This document shows positions 40,510-49,814 of a stretch of 64,000 nucleotides of DNA, in pieces. The DNA is taken from positions 2,528,001 through 2,592,000 of the forward strand of contig CAXXQS010000001.1 in the NCBI GenBank assembly GCA_963674735.2, written 5' to 3'. The translations under genes and the position numbers were made by a program. The notes under the pieces were generated by a model, which did not search any database, was not told where the DNA came from, and was given only the letters and a program-made list of their open reading frames with translations. The DNA is from Myxococcota bacterium. Lineage in GTDB: Bacteria; Myxococcota_A; SURF-8. Each line of letters begins with the position of its first letter. Position 1 is the first letter of the stretch.

Positions 40510-40546
40510 AAAACGGGCGATTCGCATGAACCGCCCGTTTTTATTT
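40510..40546. terminator. Bidirectional intrinsic terminator
   Basis: AAAACGGGCGATTC-GCAT-GAACCGCCCGTTTTT between convergent genes. Confidence 0.8.
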
Positions 40547-40561
40547 GGATATCGATTTCAA

Positions 40562-41827
40562 CTAGAGTTGATGGACGATCTTCCCTTTCGCCAGGGTCAA
40601 ATCCACTCGACCGACCAGCGTCTGGTTTAGCCAGGGACTGTTCAGGCTCTTCGACCGCACCTGATCGGGGGTGTAGATCCACTCGGCCTCGGGATCGATA
40701 ATGGTTACATCCGCATCGGCACCCACGGCCAGAGTCCCCAGATCGAGACCCAGAATCTTCGCCGGGTTGACCGTCAACTTGGCAATCAGATCCAGGGGTT
40801 CCAGCACCTGCTGCCGAATCAGATCGAGCGCCAGTGGCACGGCGGTTTCAAGCCCGATAATGCCGTTGGCCGCCAACCCGAACTCGACTTTTTTATCGAC
40901 TTCGGCGTGGGGAGCGTGATCGGTGGCGATCACGTCGATGGTGCCGTCCTTCAAGCCACGCCGCACGGCCTTGACATGCTCCTCGGACCGGAGCGGGGGA
41001 GCCATTTTAAAGTTGGCGTCATACGTTGACAGAGACGCATCGGTCAAGGTCCAGTGATGCGGTGCAACCTCGCAGGTTACGCGCACTTGGCGTTTCTTGG
41101 CCTGACGCACCAAGTCGACCGATTGGCGCGTGCTGATGTGCTGTACGTGATAGGCCGCGCCGGTGAGTTCCGCCAGATGCAGATCGCGCGACACCATGAC
41201 GCTTTCAGCCGCAGACGGAATCCCCGCCAATCCGAGACGTGTACTCATCTCACCTTCGTGCATGTGGCCGCCGTCGCTGAGATGGTGATCCTCGGTATGC
41301 GCACAAACCGTCAAACCGAAGTTACTCGCATATTCGAGGGCCGCTCGCATGATGGCCGCACTCATGATGCCTTTTCCGTCATCAGTGATAGCCACCGCAC
41401 CGGCTCGCTGCATGTCGCCGATCTCGGCCAGTTCCTCGCCCTTGAGTCCTTTCGACACGGCTCCCATGGGTAACACGGTGACGCCGTTGGCCGCTTCGGC
41501 CTTGCGCAAAACGAAATCCACCACCGCCGCATTGTCGATCGTCGGGTTGGTGTTGGGCATGCAGACGATCGTGGTGAAACCACCGGCCGCCGCCGCGTCA
41601 CATCCGCTCGCGATGGTTTCCTTGTATTCGAAGCCCGGCTCTCGCAGGTGCACGTGCATGTCGATCAGCCCCGGTACGACCCATTTGCCTTTGGCGTCGA
41701 TCACCTGGACTTTCTGCCCTTTGGCCGCCGACGCGGCCACGATTTTGTTGCCCTTGATATAGAGATCGGAGACCTTGTCGAGTCCGCTTGCCGGATCGAT
41801 CACCCGGCCGCCTTTGATGCGAATCAT
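40562..41827 (-). CDS. pyrC: Dihydroorotase
   Basis: DMHVHLREPG; MPNT; EVAPHH; KMAPPLR; ATDHAPH. Confidence 0.96.
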   Translation of the reverse strand: MIRIKGGRVIDPASGLDKVSDLYIKGNKIVAASAAKGQKVQVIDAKGKWVVPGLIDMHVHLREPGFEYKETIASGCDAAAAGGFTTIVCMPNTNPTIDNAAVVDFVLRKAEAANGVTVLPMGAVSKGLKGEELAEIGDMQRAGAVAITDDGKGIMSAAIMRAALEYASNFGLTVCAHTEDHHLSDGGHMHEGEMSTRLGLAGIPSAAESVMVSRDLHLAELTGAAYHVQHISTRQSVDLVRQAKKRQVRVTCEVAPHHWTLTDASLSTYDANFKMAPPLRSEEHVKAVRRGLKDGTIDVIATDHAPHAEVDKKVEFGLAANGIIGLETAVPLALDLIRQQVLEPLDLIAKLTVNPAKILGLDLGTLAVGADADVTIIDPEAEWIYTPDQVRSKSLNSPWLNQTLVGRVDLTLAKGKIVHQL

Positions 41828-41828
41828 A

Positions 41829-42758
41829 TTACTTGCCTCCTCCCATCAGTAGGTAAATCAGAGCCATACGAACGGCTACGCCGTTGTTGACCTGCTCCAG
41901 AATGACCGAGCGCTCCCCATCCGCCACATCAGGCGTCATTTCCACGCCACGGTTGATGGGACCGGGATGCATGATGATGGCCCCGGGTTTGGTAAGACGC
42001 ACATTCTTTGCATTGAGCCCGAAGGTCATGGCGTATTCCCGGTTCGAAGGGAACAGGTGCTTGGCCATGCGTTCTTTCTGGATTCGCAGCATCATGACGA
42101 CATCCGTATCGCGAATCGCATCTTCCAATTTCGGGTAAACCGTCACATTCGGGCCCAAGCGCTCGATAAAGCGCGGAATCATGGTGAAAGGCCCGCAAAG
42201 TCGCACCTGCGCGCCAAGCTTGCTCAAACCGATGATGTTGCTCAGTGCAACCCGGCTATGGGCGATATCGCCGACCAGGGTGACCGTCAGGCCCTCGATG
42301 GTTTTTTTGTGTTCGAGGATCGTCATCATGTCCAGAAGCGCCTGCGTGGGATGCTCGTGGAAACCATCCCCGGCATTGATGATCGGAGCATCGATATGTT
42401 GCGCCAGAAAGTGCGGCGCACCCGATTGCTTGTGCCGCATGACCACCAGATCGATGCCCATGGCTTCCAGGTTGCGAATGGAATCGAGCAGGGTCTCGCC
42501 TTTGACCACCGAGCTCCCGCTGGCACCGATGGCGTAAGTGTCGGCCGAAAGACGTTTGGCGGCCATTTCGAACGACAGCTTGGTACGGGTCGAAGGCTCC
42601 CAGAAAGCCATCACGATGGTCTTACCGCGCAAGGTCGGAACCTTTTTGACCGAGCGGGTGGAGATTTCCTTGAAGCTCTTGGCCGTATCGAGAATGAAAT
42701 GGATATCATCGGCCGAGGCGTTCTCCAGCCCGAGCATGTTCTTGTGCACAAAGGCCAT
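41829..42758 (-). CDS. pyrB: Aspartate carbamoyltransferase catalytic subunit
   Basis: EPSTRT; NAGDG.HEHPTQALLD; HSRV; LRIQKER; HPGP. Confidence 0.97.
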   Translation of the reverse strand: MAFVHKNMLGLENASADDIHFILDTAKSFKEISTRSVKKVPTLRGKTIVMAFWEPSTRTKLSFEMAAKRLSADTYAIGASGSSVVKGETLLDSIRNLEAMGIDLVVMRHKQSGAPHFLAQHIDAPIINAGDGFHEHPTQALLDMMTILEHKKTIEGLTVTLVGDIAHSRVALSNIIGLSKLGAQVRLCGPFTMIPRFIERLGPNVTVYPKLEDAIRDTDVVMMLRIQKERMAKHLFPSNREYAMTFGLNAKNVRLTKPGAIIMHPGPINRGVEMTPDVADGERSVILEQVNNGVAVRMALIYLLMGGGK

Positions 42759-42759
42759 C

Positions 42760-43317
42760 TCAACCCTCCTCATCCGGGGTGATATCGTAAATGACGACCC
42801 GGTCGTCGTGTCCCTCTTCCTTGAGCAGCACTTCCACCCGTTCATCCTCGCTGGTGGGGATCATGCGACCCACGAAGTCGGCGTGAATCGGCAGTTCACG
42901 CAGCCCCCGATCGACCAATACCGCCAGTTGGATGACCTTGGGTCGTCCGAAGTCGATCAACGCATCCATTGCGGCGCGGATGGTACGGCCGGTGTAGATG
43001 ACATCGTCGATCAACACCACACGCTTTCCGGTGATGTCGCCTTCGATTTCGGTGGTACCCACCTCCGGCGTATCCAGCGAGAACAGATCGTCCCGGTAAA
43101 GGGTAATGTCGATGATCCCGTAGGCCGGGACTTCTCCCTCCATTTTGGTCAGGCGCTTTTTCAACCGCGCCGCCAGATGCATGCCGCCGGTACGAATCCC
43201 GACCAGCAGCAGGTTCTCGACACCCCCGTTGCGTTCCAGAATCTCGCTGGCTAGCCGGTCGATCGCCCGTCGAATCTCCTGGCTGGTCATCACCTGCAGT
43301 TTCTCTTTCAACGTCAT
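42760..43317 (-). CDS. pyrR: Pyrimidine operon attenuation protein / UPRTase PyrR
   Basis: GIRTGG; DITLYRDD; DDVIYTGRT; VDRG.RELPI. Confidence 0.95.
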   Translation of the reverse strand: MTLKEKLQVMTSQEIRRAIDRLASEILERNGGVENLLLVGIRTGGMHLAARLKKRLTKMEGEVPAYGIIDITLYRDDLFSLDTPEVGTTEIEGDITGKRVVLIDDVIYTGRTIRAAMDALIDFGRPKVIQLAVLVDRGLRELPIHADFVGRMIPTSEDERVEVLLKEEGHDDRVVIYDITPDEEG

Positions 43318-43344
43318 CTCATGCCCTCGCTGCATCTTTTTCAC

Positions 43345-43376
43345 AAAAAAAACCTCCCCTACATCAGCAGGGGAGG
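43345..43376 (-). terminator. Leader (attenuator) terminator upstream of pyrR
   Basis: Minus strand CCTCCCCTGC-TGAT-GTAGGGGAGG followed by T8, about 27 nt before the pyrR ATG. Confidence 0.85.
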
Positions 43377-43458
43377 CTGGAATCAGATCTGATTTGCTCA
43401 TCTCGAATGGGTATCATCACATTCCCGCTCGTTGGCGTTCGCACTCGAAGCTTGCTGG

Positions 43459-43487
43459 GGTTTATCAGACACTCTTGAGCTTGTCAA
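43459..43487 (-). promoter_or_regulatory. Putative sigma70 promoter of pyrRBC
   Basis: TTGACA-N17-TAAACC with an extended -10 TG. Confidence 0.5.
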
Positions 43488-43642
43488 GCCAAAAACGCCG
43501 TTCTTACCCGGCTTTTTCGACCAAACCCACTTCGCGAACCTGCGCTTTTTTCTTGAATGCAGGCGCGGCATCTGATAATCCCTATGCCAGTAATCAAATT
43601 TTCCACATACACCGCCAATGGCGGAGTCGACAAGGAGCACCT

Positions 43643-44419
43643 ATGGACAACCCCCGACCGGTCGATCTGGAAGAATCGCTCGACGAAACCGTCCCTCGGG
43701 CTCCCATCCTGATTCTGGGTGCCGGTCAGAACGTCGGACTCTACCTTGCCAAACGCCTGATCCAAGACAACCAGCCGGTTATTCTGAGCTTTCGCAGCAA
43801 ACCCGACGATGCGGTGGGCCTGCAACTCGACTTTCCCAAGCATGTTCTAGGAGCCTTTCCCCTCGACGCCCGCACACCCAGCGCCGTCACCCGTTTTTTC
43901 GAACAGGTCAACGGCATTACCGATCGCCTCTCGGGCGTAGTGAATTGCATCGGACCTTGGTTGAAAAAGCCGTTGATGGACACCGACGACACGGCTTTTG
44001 AGGAACTGGTACAGGGAAATCTCGTTCAGGCCTTCAGTGTCGCCCGCAACGCCTTTCCTTTGATGAAGGCCAACATGAGCGGTCGCCTGATTCATTTCAC
44101 TTTCGCCGGAGTGGAAAAAATCGGAGCCTACGGCGAAATCGGGGCCTACGCCGCAGCCAAGCTCGGACTTCTCTCCCTGACTCGTTCGCTGGCGGTGGAA
44201 TGGGCTCCGCACCGGATCACCGTCAACGCAATCGCCCCGGGGGTGGTGGACACCGCCGCCGAGGAGGAACACCAACGTGTCGCCCACATCCCCAGCGGCC
44301 ATCTTGCCAGTGGCGAAGATATTTATCAGGCGGCGAAGTACCTGCTTTCGGATGCCGCCGCGCAAGTTACCGGCACCAACCTGACCGTCTCGGGCGGCTT
44401 CGGCTGGCAGTATCCGTAA
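43643..44419 (+). CDS. SDR family oxidoreductase
   Basis: RBS AAGGAG; ILILGAGQNVG; YAAAK; VNAIAPG; VTG..L.VSGG. Confidence 0.9.
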   Translation: MDNPRPVDLEESLDETVPRAPILILGAGQNVGLYLAKRLIQDNQPVILSFRSKPDDAVGLQLDFPKHVLGAFPLDARTPSAVTRFFEQVNGITDRLSGVVNCIGPWLKKPLMDTDDTAFEELVQGNLVQAFSVARNAFPLMKANMSGRLIHFTFAGVEKIGAYGEIGAYAAAKLGLLSLTRSLAVEWAPHRITVNAIAPGVVDTAAEEEHQRVAHIPSGHLASGEDIYQAAKYLLSDAAAQVTGTNLTVSGGFGWQYP

Positions 44420-44499
44420 AAGGTTGATCAGCGGCTGAACCCGCCTAGCCCTTTTGAGGATGGAAATCTCGAAACCGATCCGTAAAGGAGAACCTGATC

Positions 44500-45051
44500 A
44501 TGCAACGTACCGTTTCCCTGTTGATTCTCGGTGTCTTTCTATTTGGCTGCGGCAGTGGAGACGACGAAGAGGTGAACGTGCCCGGCAGTACGCTCCTTTG
44601 TCAGGAAACCTGCACCACGATCATGCGATGTGACACCGCTCTGAGCGTTACCGAAGATGAACTCCGCCAGTGCAACGCCGCCTGCGCCGATCCGAGCTTA
44701 GCGGCACCGGTCAAAGCCGACGCCATCGCCATTGCCTGTCAGCAACAGGGCGACCAATGCGATGTATTCATGACCTGCGTCGAAGAAGCCCGTCCCGACG
44801 GCGACATTTCTTATGACGACTGGTGCACGGCCTGGTGCACCCGCTGCAGCGAATGCTATGAGAATGTCACGGGTTTCGGCGAAGGAATGTGCCAGGACGG
44901 CATCGAAGCCGATTGTCTCGAAAGCTGCCAGCCGCACCTGGACAGTCCGGACGAGACCTGCCAGCGCCTGTTCGATCTGTTCAACCCTGAAACGGCCACC
45001 TGCGACGAGATCGACCACAACAACCCCTTCGATTCCAACGCGGGCTGCTAA
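44500..45051 (+). CDS. Cys-rich lipoprotein
   Basis: Lipobox LFGC; two modules of the C-x3-C...C...C-x3-C type. Confidence 0.72.
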   Translation: MQRTVSLLILGVFLFGCGSGDDEEVNVPGSTLLCQETCTTIMRCDTALSVTEDELRQCNAACADPSLAAPVKADAIAIACQQQGDQCDVFMTCVEEARPDGDISYDDWCTAWCTRCSECYENVTGFGEGMCQDGIEADCLESCQPHLDSPDETCQRLFDLFNPETATCDEIDHNNPFDSNAGC

Positions 45052-45074
45052 AATCGCGTTTATGTTAAAAATGC

Positions 45075-45359
45075 CTACTCGCCTCGTCCCCAGCGTGGGC
45101 GATTGTCCCACAAAAACCGCGCCACCTGTCCGGGATTTTGTCGCGTGGAGGGCCGCAGCCAGTCGATCAGGAAAAACAGGGGCAGGAAGACCGCCATCAA
45201 TAGGTGGAATAGCGCATACCAGAAGGCAAAGGCAAGCAACGCCAAGGCCAGCGACAAACGCGCCACAGGCGCCGCCCAAGCATAACCGCGCCCGAACCTG
45301 CGACGCTCGGTCCGCTCTACAGCGCCGTCGTCCGGGCTATCCGGAACCATGATCATCAA
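45075..45359 (-). CDS. Small hypothetical membrane protein
   Basis: Overlaps the gcvPB stop; two hydrophobic stretches. Confidence 0.45.
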   Translation of the reverse strand: MMIMVPDSPDDGAVERTERRRFGRGYAWAAPVARLSLALALLAFAFWYALFHLLMAVFLPLFFLIDWLRPSTRQNPGQVARFLWDNRPRWGRGE

Positions 45360-46849
45360 GCGTCCGACTCGGGGGTCCAGCGCAACAGCGGTTTACGCGC
45401 CGCCTGCACTTCGTCGAGCCGCCTCCGGAAGGTCTTGCGCGGATAGTCGGCGAAGGCCTCCGGATTGCTTAGCGCTTCGGCATGAATGCGTCGCATGGCG
45501 GCGATGAAGGAATCGCAGCTTTCCCGGCTTTCGGTTTCAGTGGGCTCGATCATCATGGCGGCATGCACCACCAACGGGAAGTAGACCGTCGGAGCGTGGA
45601 AACCCTGTTCCAATAGACACTTGGCGACATCCATCGTGGTAACGCCCGCTTCCTTGAGAAGCTTGTCGGTGAACACCACCTCGTGCAAGGTATCGGTGGC
45701 ATAAGGCAGGTGGTAGCTGTCTTTCAGCGAGTGGCGGACGTAGTTGGCATTAAGCACCGCATATTGGGCGGCGCGCCGGATGTTGTCGGGTCCGAGTTCG
45801 CGAATATAGGTATACGCGCGTACCATCACGCCGAAATTACCGAAAAAGCCCTTCACTTTGCCGATGCTTTGCGCCCGGTCATGCTCGAAAGCATACACGC
45901 CATCCTGCTCGACGATGCGAGGAATCGGCAGATAGGATTCGAGAATCGCCTTGACGCCCACCGGCCCGCTGCCCGGTCCGCCGCCGCCATGCGGCGTGGA
46001 GAAGGTCTTGTGCAGGTTGTACTGGATCACGTCGAAGCCCATATCACCGGGACGCGCCACGCCCATCAAAGCGTTCATGTTCGCGCCGTCGCAATACATC
46101 AAGCCGCCTTTAGCGTGCACGATCCGGGCGATCTCCTCGATATGCCGTTCGAAAATCCCCAGCGTGTTGGGGTTGGTCATCATCAACGCGGCCACCTGGT
46201 CGTCCATAACCTTTTCGACGTCTTCCGGCAGGAGGTAACCGTCGGGACCGGAGGCCACCTGCACCACATCGAAACCGCACAACGCCGAGGAAGCCGGGTT
46301 GGTGCCGTGGGCCGAATCGGGGACCAGAATCTTCGTGCGCTTGCCACCGTGGTCGGCGTGGTACGCCCGAATCAGCATGAGGCCGGTCAGTTCCCCGTGC
46401 GCCCCCGCCGAGGGCTGCAAGGTGGTGGCGTCCATACCGGCGATTTCACTGAGATAATCCTCCAGCTTGGACATCAGTTCCAAACAGCCTTGCACCATGT
46501 CGTCCGGGTAGACCGGATTGGATTGGGCGAAACCGGCCAAGCGCGACGTATCTTCATTGATTTTCGGATTGTATTTCATCGTGCAGGAACCGAGCGGATA
46601 AAAGCCGGTGTCCACACCGTAGTTCCATTGCGATAGACGCACGAAATGGCGCATGACATCCACTTCCGACACTTCCGGGAACCCCACGATCTGATCGCGA
46701 ACGAGATCCGCTCCCCACAAAGCCGCTGCATCCACAGGCGGAACGTCCGTTTCGGGCAAGCTGAAACCTTCGCGACCGGCGCTGCCGACCTCGAAGATCA
46801 GGGCTTCTTCCATCACGAGTCCGGTGGTTCCGGGTGCTTTATATTCCAT
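45356..46849 (-). CDS. gcvPB: Glycine dehydrogenase subunit 2
   Basis: PLGSCTMKYNP; SAHGTNPAS; NLHKTFSTPHGGGGPG; MIEPTETE. Confidence 0.97.
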   Translation of the reverse strand: MEYKAPGTTGLVMEEALIFEVGSAGREGFSLPETDVPPVDAAALWGADLVRDQIVGFPEVSEVDVMRHFVRLSQWNYGVDTGFYPLGSCTMKYNPKINEDTSRLAGFAQSNPVYPDDMVQGCLELMSKLEDYLSEIAGMDATTLQPSAGAHGELTGLMLIRAYHADHGGKRTKILVPDSAHGTNPASSALCGFDVVQVASGPDGYLLPEDVEKVMDDQVAALMMTNPNTLGIFERHIEEIARIVHAKGGLMYCDGANMNALMGVARPGDMGFDVIQYNLHKTFSTPHGGGGPGSGPVGVKAILESYLPIPRIVEQDGVYAFEHDRAQSIGKVKGFFGNFGVMVRAYTYIRELGPDNIRRAAQYAVLNANYVRHSLKDSYHLPYATDTLHEVVFTDKLLKEAGVTTMDVAKCLLEQGFHAPTVYFPLVVHAAMMIEPTETESRESCDSFIAAMRRIHAEALSNPEAFADYPRKTFRRRLDEVQAARKPLLRWTPESDA

Positions 46850-46864
46850 GCCGTTCTCCCTTGC

Positions 46865-48211
46865 CTAAAGCGAGGCCAGCGCGTCGACCAGGGTGTCGAT
46901 CTGCGGCTTGGAGTGAATTTCGGTGACGTTGAACAATAAGTGCGAATCGAGTTCGGGATAGTCGTTTTTCAGGTCCACTCCGGCCAGGATGTTCTCGCCG
47001 TAGAGGTCGCAACGCACATCGGCCGCCGTCTTGCGCTCGCAGCGCAGCACAAATTCGTTGAAGGTCGGTGATGCAAAGGCCAACGAGTAGCCATCGAGTC
47101 CGGCCAGACGCCCCTTGAGGTACTCGGCTTTCGCCAGGTTCAGTTCGGCCAGCTTGCGCAAACCGTTTTTGCCCATCAACGACAGCAGCACCGTGGCCGC
47201 CAAGGCGCATAAACCCTGGTTGGTGCAGATGTTGCTCGTCGCTTTCTCACGGCGAATATGCTGTTCGCGCGTGCTGAGGGTCAACACGAATCCGCGCCGT
47301 CCCTCGGCATCGACAGTCTGTCCGCAAACGCGACCGGGCATCTGACGGATAAACTTGTTGCGCGTCGAAAAGATCCCCAGCGATGGTCCGCCGAAGTTCA
47401 TCGCGCCGAGGAAACTCTGCCCTTCGCCCGCGATAATGTCGGCTTCGGCACGACCCGGTCCGGGCGTGATGCCAAACGCCACCGGTTCGGAGAACGTGAC
47501 GACCAGCAGCGCACCGGCGGCGTGCACCGCCTCGGCCAAGGCCGGTAGATCTTCCAGGATACCGAAATAATTCGGATGCCCGACGACCAGACAGGCGACA
47601 TCGTCGCCCAAGGCCGCGTCCAGCGCGGCACGGTCGAGACGGCCTTGTTCATCGAAAGGCAGCTCGACCAGATCGTCGATATTGTTGACCATATACGTCT
47701 CGGTTACGCGCCGGAACTCCGGGTGGACGCTGCGCGCCATCAAAACCTTGGATCGCTTGCGACCCAGACGCCGCGCCATTAAAACCGCTTCGGCACAACC
47801 GGTCGCGCCATCGTACATGCTGGCATTGGTCACCTCGGCTTCAAGTAACAGCGAGATCAAAGTCTGATACTCGAAAATAGCCTGCAATGTACCCTGGCTG
47901 ACTTCGGGTTGGTAGGGCGTATACGCGGTATAGAATTCAGAGCGGCGCAGGATATGATCCACCACAACCGGCGCGTAGTGGTCGTACATGCCCGCTCCCA
48001 CAAAGCTTGTGAAGCCCTGCACTTTATTGGCATCCGCCAAACGTCGCAGTTCGGCCAGCAGATCCCGCTCCGCCAACGGGGGAGGCAGATTCAACGGACG
48101 CTTGAGCTGCAGATTTTCGGGAATGCAGGTGAACAGATCTTCCACACGCTCAACGCCTATCACGTTCAGCATGGCGCGCACATCTTGATCCGTGTGCGGT
48201 AAATACCTCAT
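46865..48211 (-). CDS. gcvPA: Glycine dehydrogenase subunit 1
   Basis: True start MRYLPHT at 48211; TAYTPYQPEVSQG; NASMYDG; REQHIRREKATSNICTN. Confidence 0.96.
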   Translation of the reverse strand: MRYLPHTDQDVRAMLNVIGVERVEDLFTCIPENLQLKRPLNLPPPLAERDLLAELRRLADANKVQGFTSFVGAGMYDHYAPVVVDHILRRSEFYTAYTPYQPEVSQGTLQAIFEYQTLISLLLEAEVTNASMYDGATGCAEAVLMARRLGRKRSKVLMARSVHPEFRRVTETYMVNNIDDLVELPFDEQGRLDRAALDAALGDDVACLVVGHPNYFGILEDLPALAEAVHAAGALLVVTFSEPVAFGITPGPGRAEADIIAGEGQSFLGAMNFGGPSLGIFSTRNKFIRQMPGRVCGQTVDAEGRRGFVLTLSTREQHIRREKATSNICTNQGLCALAATVLLSLMGKNGLRKLAELNLAKAEYLKGRLAGLDGYSLAFASPTFNEFVLRCERKTAADVRCDLYGENILAGVDLKNDYPELDSHLLFNVTEIHSKPQIDTLVDALASL

Positions 48212-48236
48212 GTCCGACCCCTTGCGTTCCGGGTGC

Positions 48237-48623
48237 TTACTCGGATTCCGCGATGAATTTTTCGTAGGCTTCCGCCGACAGCAGGCTCTCCAGCTCGGCC
48301 TCGTCGGAGATTTCCATCTTGACCAGCCAGGCATTCTCGTAAGGGTCGGCATTGATCGCGCCGGGATCGTCCACCAGCGGCTCGTTGACTTCCGCCACGC
48401 GGCCGGAAACCGGAATGAAGAGATCGGAGACGGCCTTGGTGGATTCGACCACGCCGAAGGTGTCGCCCTTGTCGAGCTGGGTGTCCACATCGGGCAGTTC
48501 GACGAAAACGATGTCGCCCAACTGTTCGGCGGCATGCGCCGTAATACCGACGGTCACCAATTGGCCTTCCACACGGGCCCACTCATGATCTTCAGTATAG
48601 AGGAGTTCCTTCGGAATGCTCAT
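48237..48623 (-). CDS. gcvH: Glycine cleavage system H protein
   Basis: YTEDHEW; VGIT; LGDIVFVELP; VESTKAVSD (lipoyl-Lys); NADPY. Confidence 0.97.
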   Translation of the reverse strand: MSIPKELLYTEDHEWARVEGQLVTVGITAHAAEQLGDIVFVELPDVDTQLDKGDTFGVVESTKAVSDLFIPVSGRVAEVNEPLVDDPGAINADPYENAWLVKMEISDEAELESLLSAEAYEKFIAESE

Positions 48624-48689
48624 TTAATGCTCCTTTGGCCTGAGAGTCCAATCACTCGGCCCGCCCGCTCGTCGGGCGAGTTCGAGGCG

Positions 48690-48717
48690 ATGATAACGCA
48701 AGCATCGGATGGGTCAA
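48690..48717 (-). promoter_or_regulatory. Putative sigma70 promoter of gcvH-gcvPA-gcvPB
   Basis: TTGACC-N16-TATCAT. Confidence 0.55.
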
Positions 48718-48769
48718 GAGAAAACACGGGAATTTCAGCCCGACCATTTGCTTTTTCATGCACCCACAC

Positions 48770-48795
48770 AAAAAAACCGGCCTGTGAGGGCCGGT
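48770..48795 (-). terminator. Intrinsic terminator after the DxNxDG-repeat lipoprotein
   Basis: Minus strand ACCGGCC-CTCACA-GGCCGGT followed by a T-run. Confidence 0.8.
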
Positions 48796-48819
48796 CGGAA
48801 AGTCGTCGGGCATCTTCGA

Positions 48820-49602
48820 TCATTCGGCTTCGGCGGCGTCGGCCTTTTCAGCGGCGGTTTCGGCCTCTTGCTTCATTTGACCGGCCTGCTCATCGATCGC
48901 GGCTTCATCGACGGCGGGGGGAGCCGTATCGGGCGCGGGGGCATCGGCTGCCGGGGGCGCATCCGCTGCGGGAGCGCTCGGAGCGGTCTTGGCTTCAGCC
49001 ATTTCACCTTCGGCCGACCGCCAGGTGTCCACCTGACCATCGCCGTCCACATCCATCCCGATGCGGTCGAGGGAGCCGTTTTCATAGTACTCCCAGTAAT
49101 CGATACGCCCATCGTTGTTTCGATCGCGTTCCTTCCGTACAAGCTGCCCTTTGAGATAATATTTGAACATATCCGGCTTCTCGTCGAAAGCGAAGTCGAT
49201 GGATTTCTTAATGATTTGCCCTTTGGCATAGTGATCGATCAGGTCGATTCGGCCATCGAAATCGAGATCGTACGACTCGGTGTCCAGTTCCTCATCCGCG
49301 TTGTAATTGGAAACCACATCGATGCGGCCATCTCCATTCAAGTCGAGTTCACGCTTCACCAGCACCAACTCGGTCTGGCCGCTTTCCTCGTTTTTCTCAA
49401 AACGATAGTATTTGAAAACATCCGGTTCCTGGTCCATGTTCAGATCGAATTCCTTCACCTTCAGGCCCATGGCCTCGGCGTCGGCACTCCTCATCGTGGA
49501 CATATCCGAATCGACAGCCGTCTTCTGCTGCTCAGCGCAAGCTCCCAAACAAACCAACAGCGCCGCAACGATCCCGATGGGGACGATGGTCCTCATTGTC
49601 AT
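48820..49602 (-). CDS. Lipoprotein with DxNxDG (Ca-binding-loop-like) beta-hairpin repeats
   Basis: Lipobox LGAC; DLNMDQEPD, DLNGDGRID, DLDFDGRID, DFAFDEKPD, DRNNDGRID, DVDGDGQVD; Pro/Ala-rich tail. Confidence 0.8.
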   Translation of the reverse strand: MTMRTIVPIGIVAALLVCLGACAEQQKTAVDSDMSTMRSADAEAMGLKVKEFDLNMDQEPDVFKYYRFEKNEESGQTELVLVKRELDLNGDGRIDVVSNYNADEELDTESYDLDFDGRIDLIDHYAKGQIIKKSIDFAFDEKPDMFKYYLKGQLVRKERDRNNDGRIDYWEYYENGSLDRIGMDVDGDGQVDTWRSAEGEMAEAKTAPSAPAADAPPAADAPAPDTAPPAVDEAAIDEQAGQMKQEAETAAEKADAAEAE

Positions 49603-49665
49603 GCCACCCTCTCCTTATTTTGGTAGAAGGGCCGGTCGCGCCGTGCCCTGTTCTTCGTGGCCGAT

Positions 49666-49694
49666 AGTATACTGCATCACTAAGGGTTTGACAA
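49666..49694 (-). promoter_or_regulatory. Putative sigma70 promoter
   Basis: TTGTCA-N17-TATACT upstream of 49602. Confidence 0.55.
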
Positions 49695-49814
49695 TACTTT
49701 GAAAGTGTAAAAGCATTGCCCCTTTGGGGACAGATTTGCTATGATAAGTGGAAATTGGATGGATTAGCCGATCGGAACACAACTCGCCACCTGCTGCGAT
49801 GATTTGAGGATACG

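Noticed and set aside
48212-48535. N-terminal extension of gcvPA in the ORF track
   Set aside because: Overlaps gcvH in another frame; the conserved start is MRYLPHT at 48211. The same applies to the over-extended starts of pyrB, lptG, the SDR and the 18536-19405 ORF.
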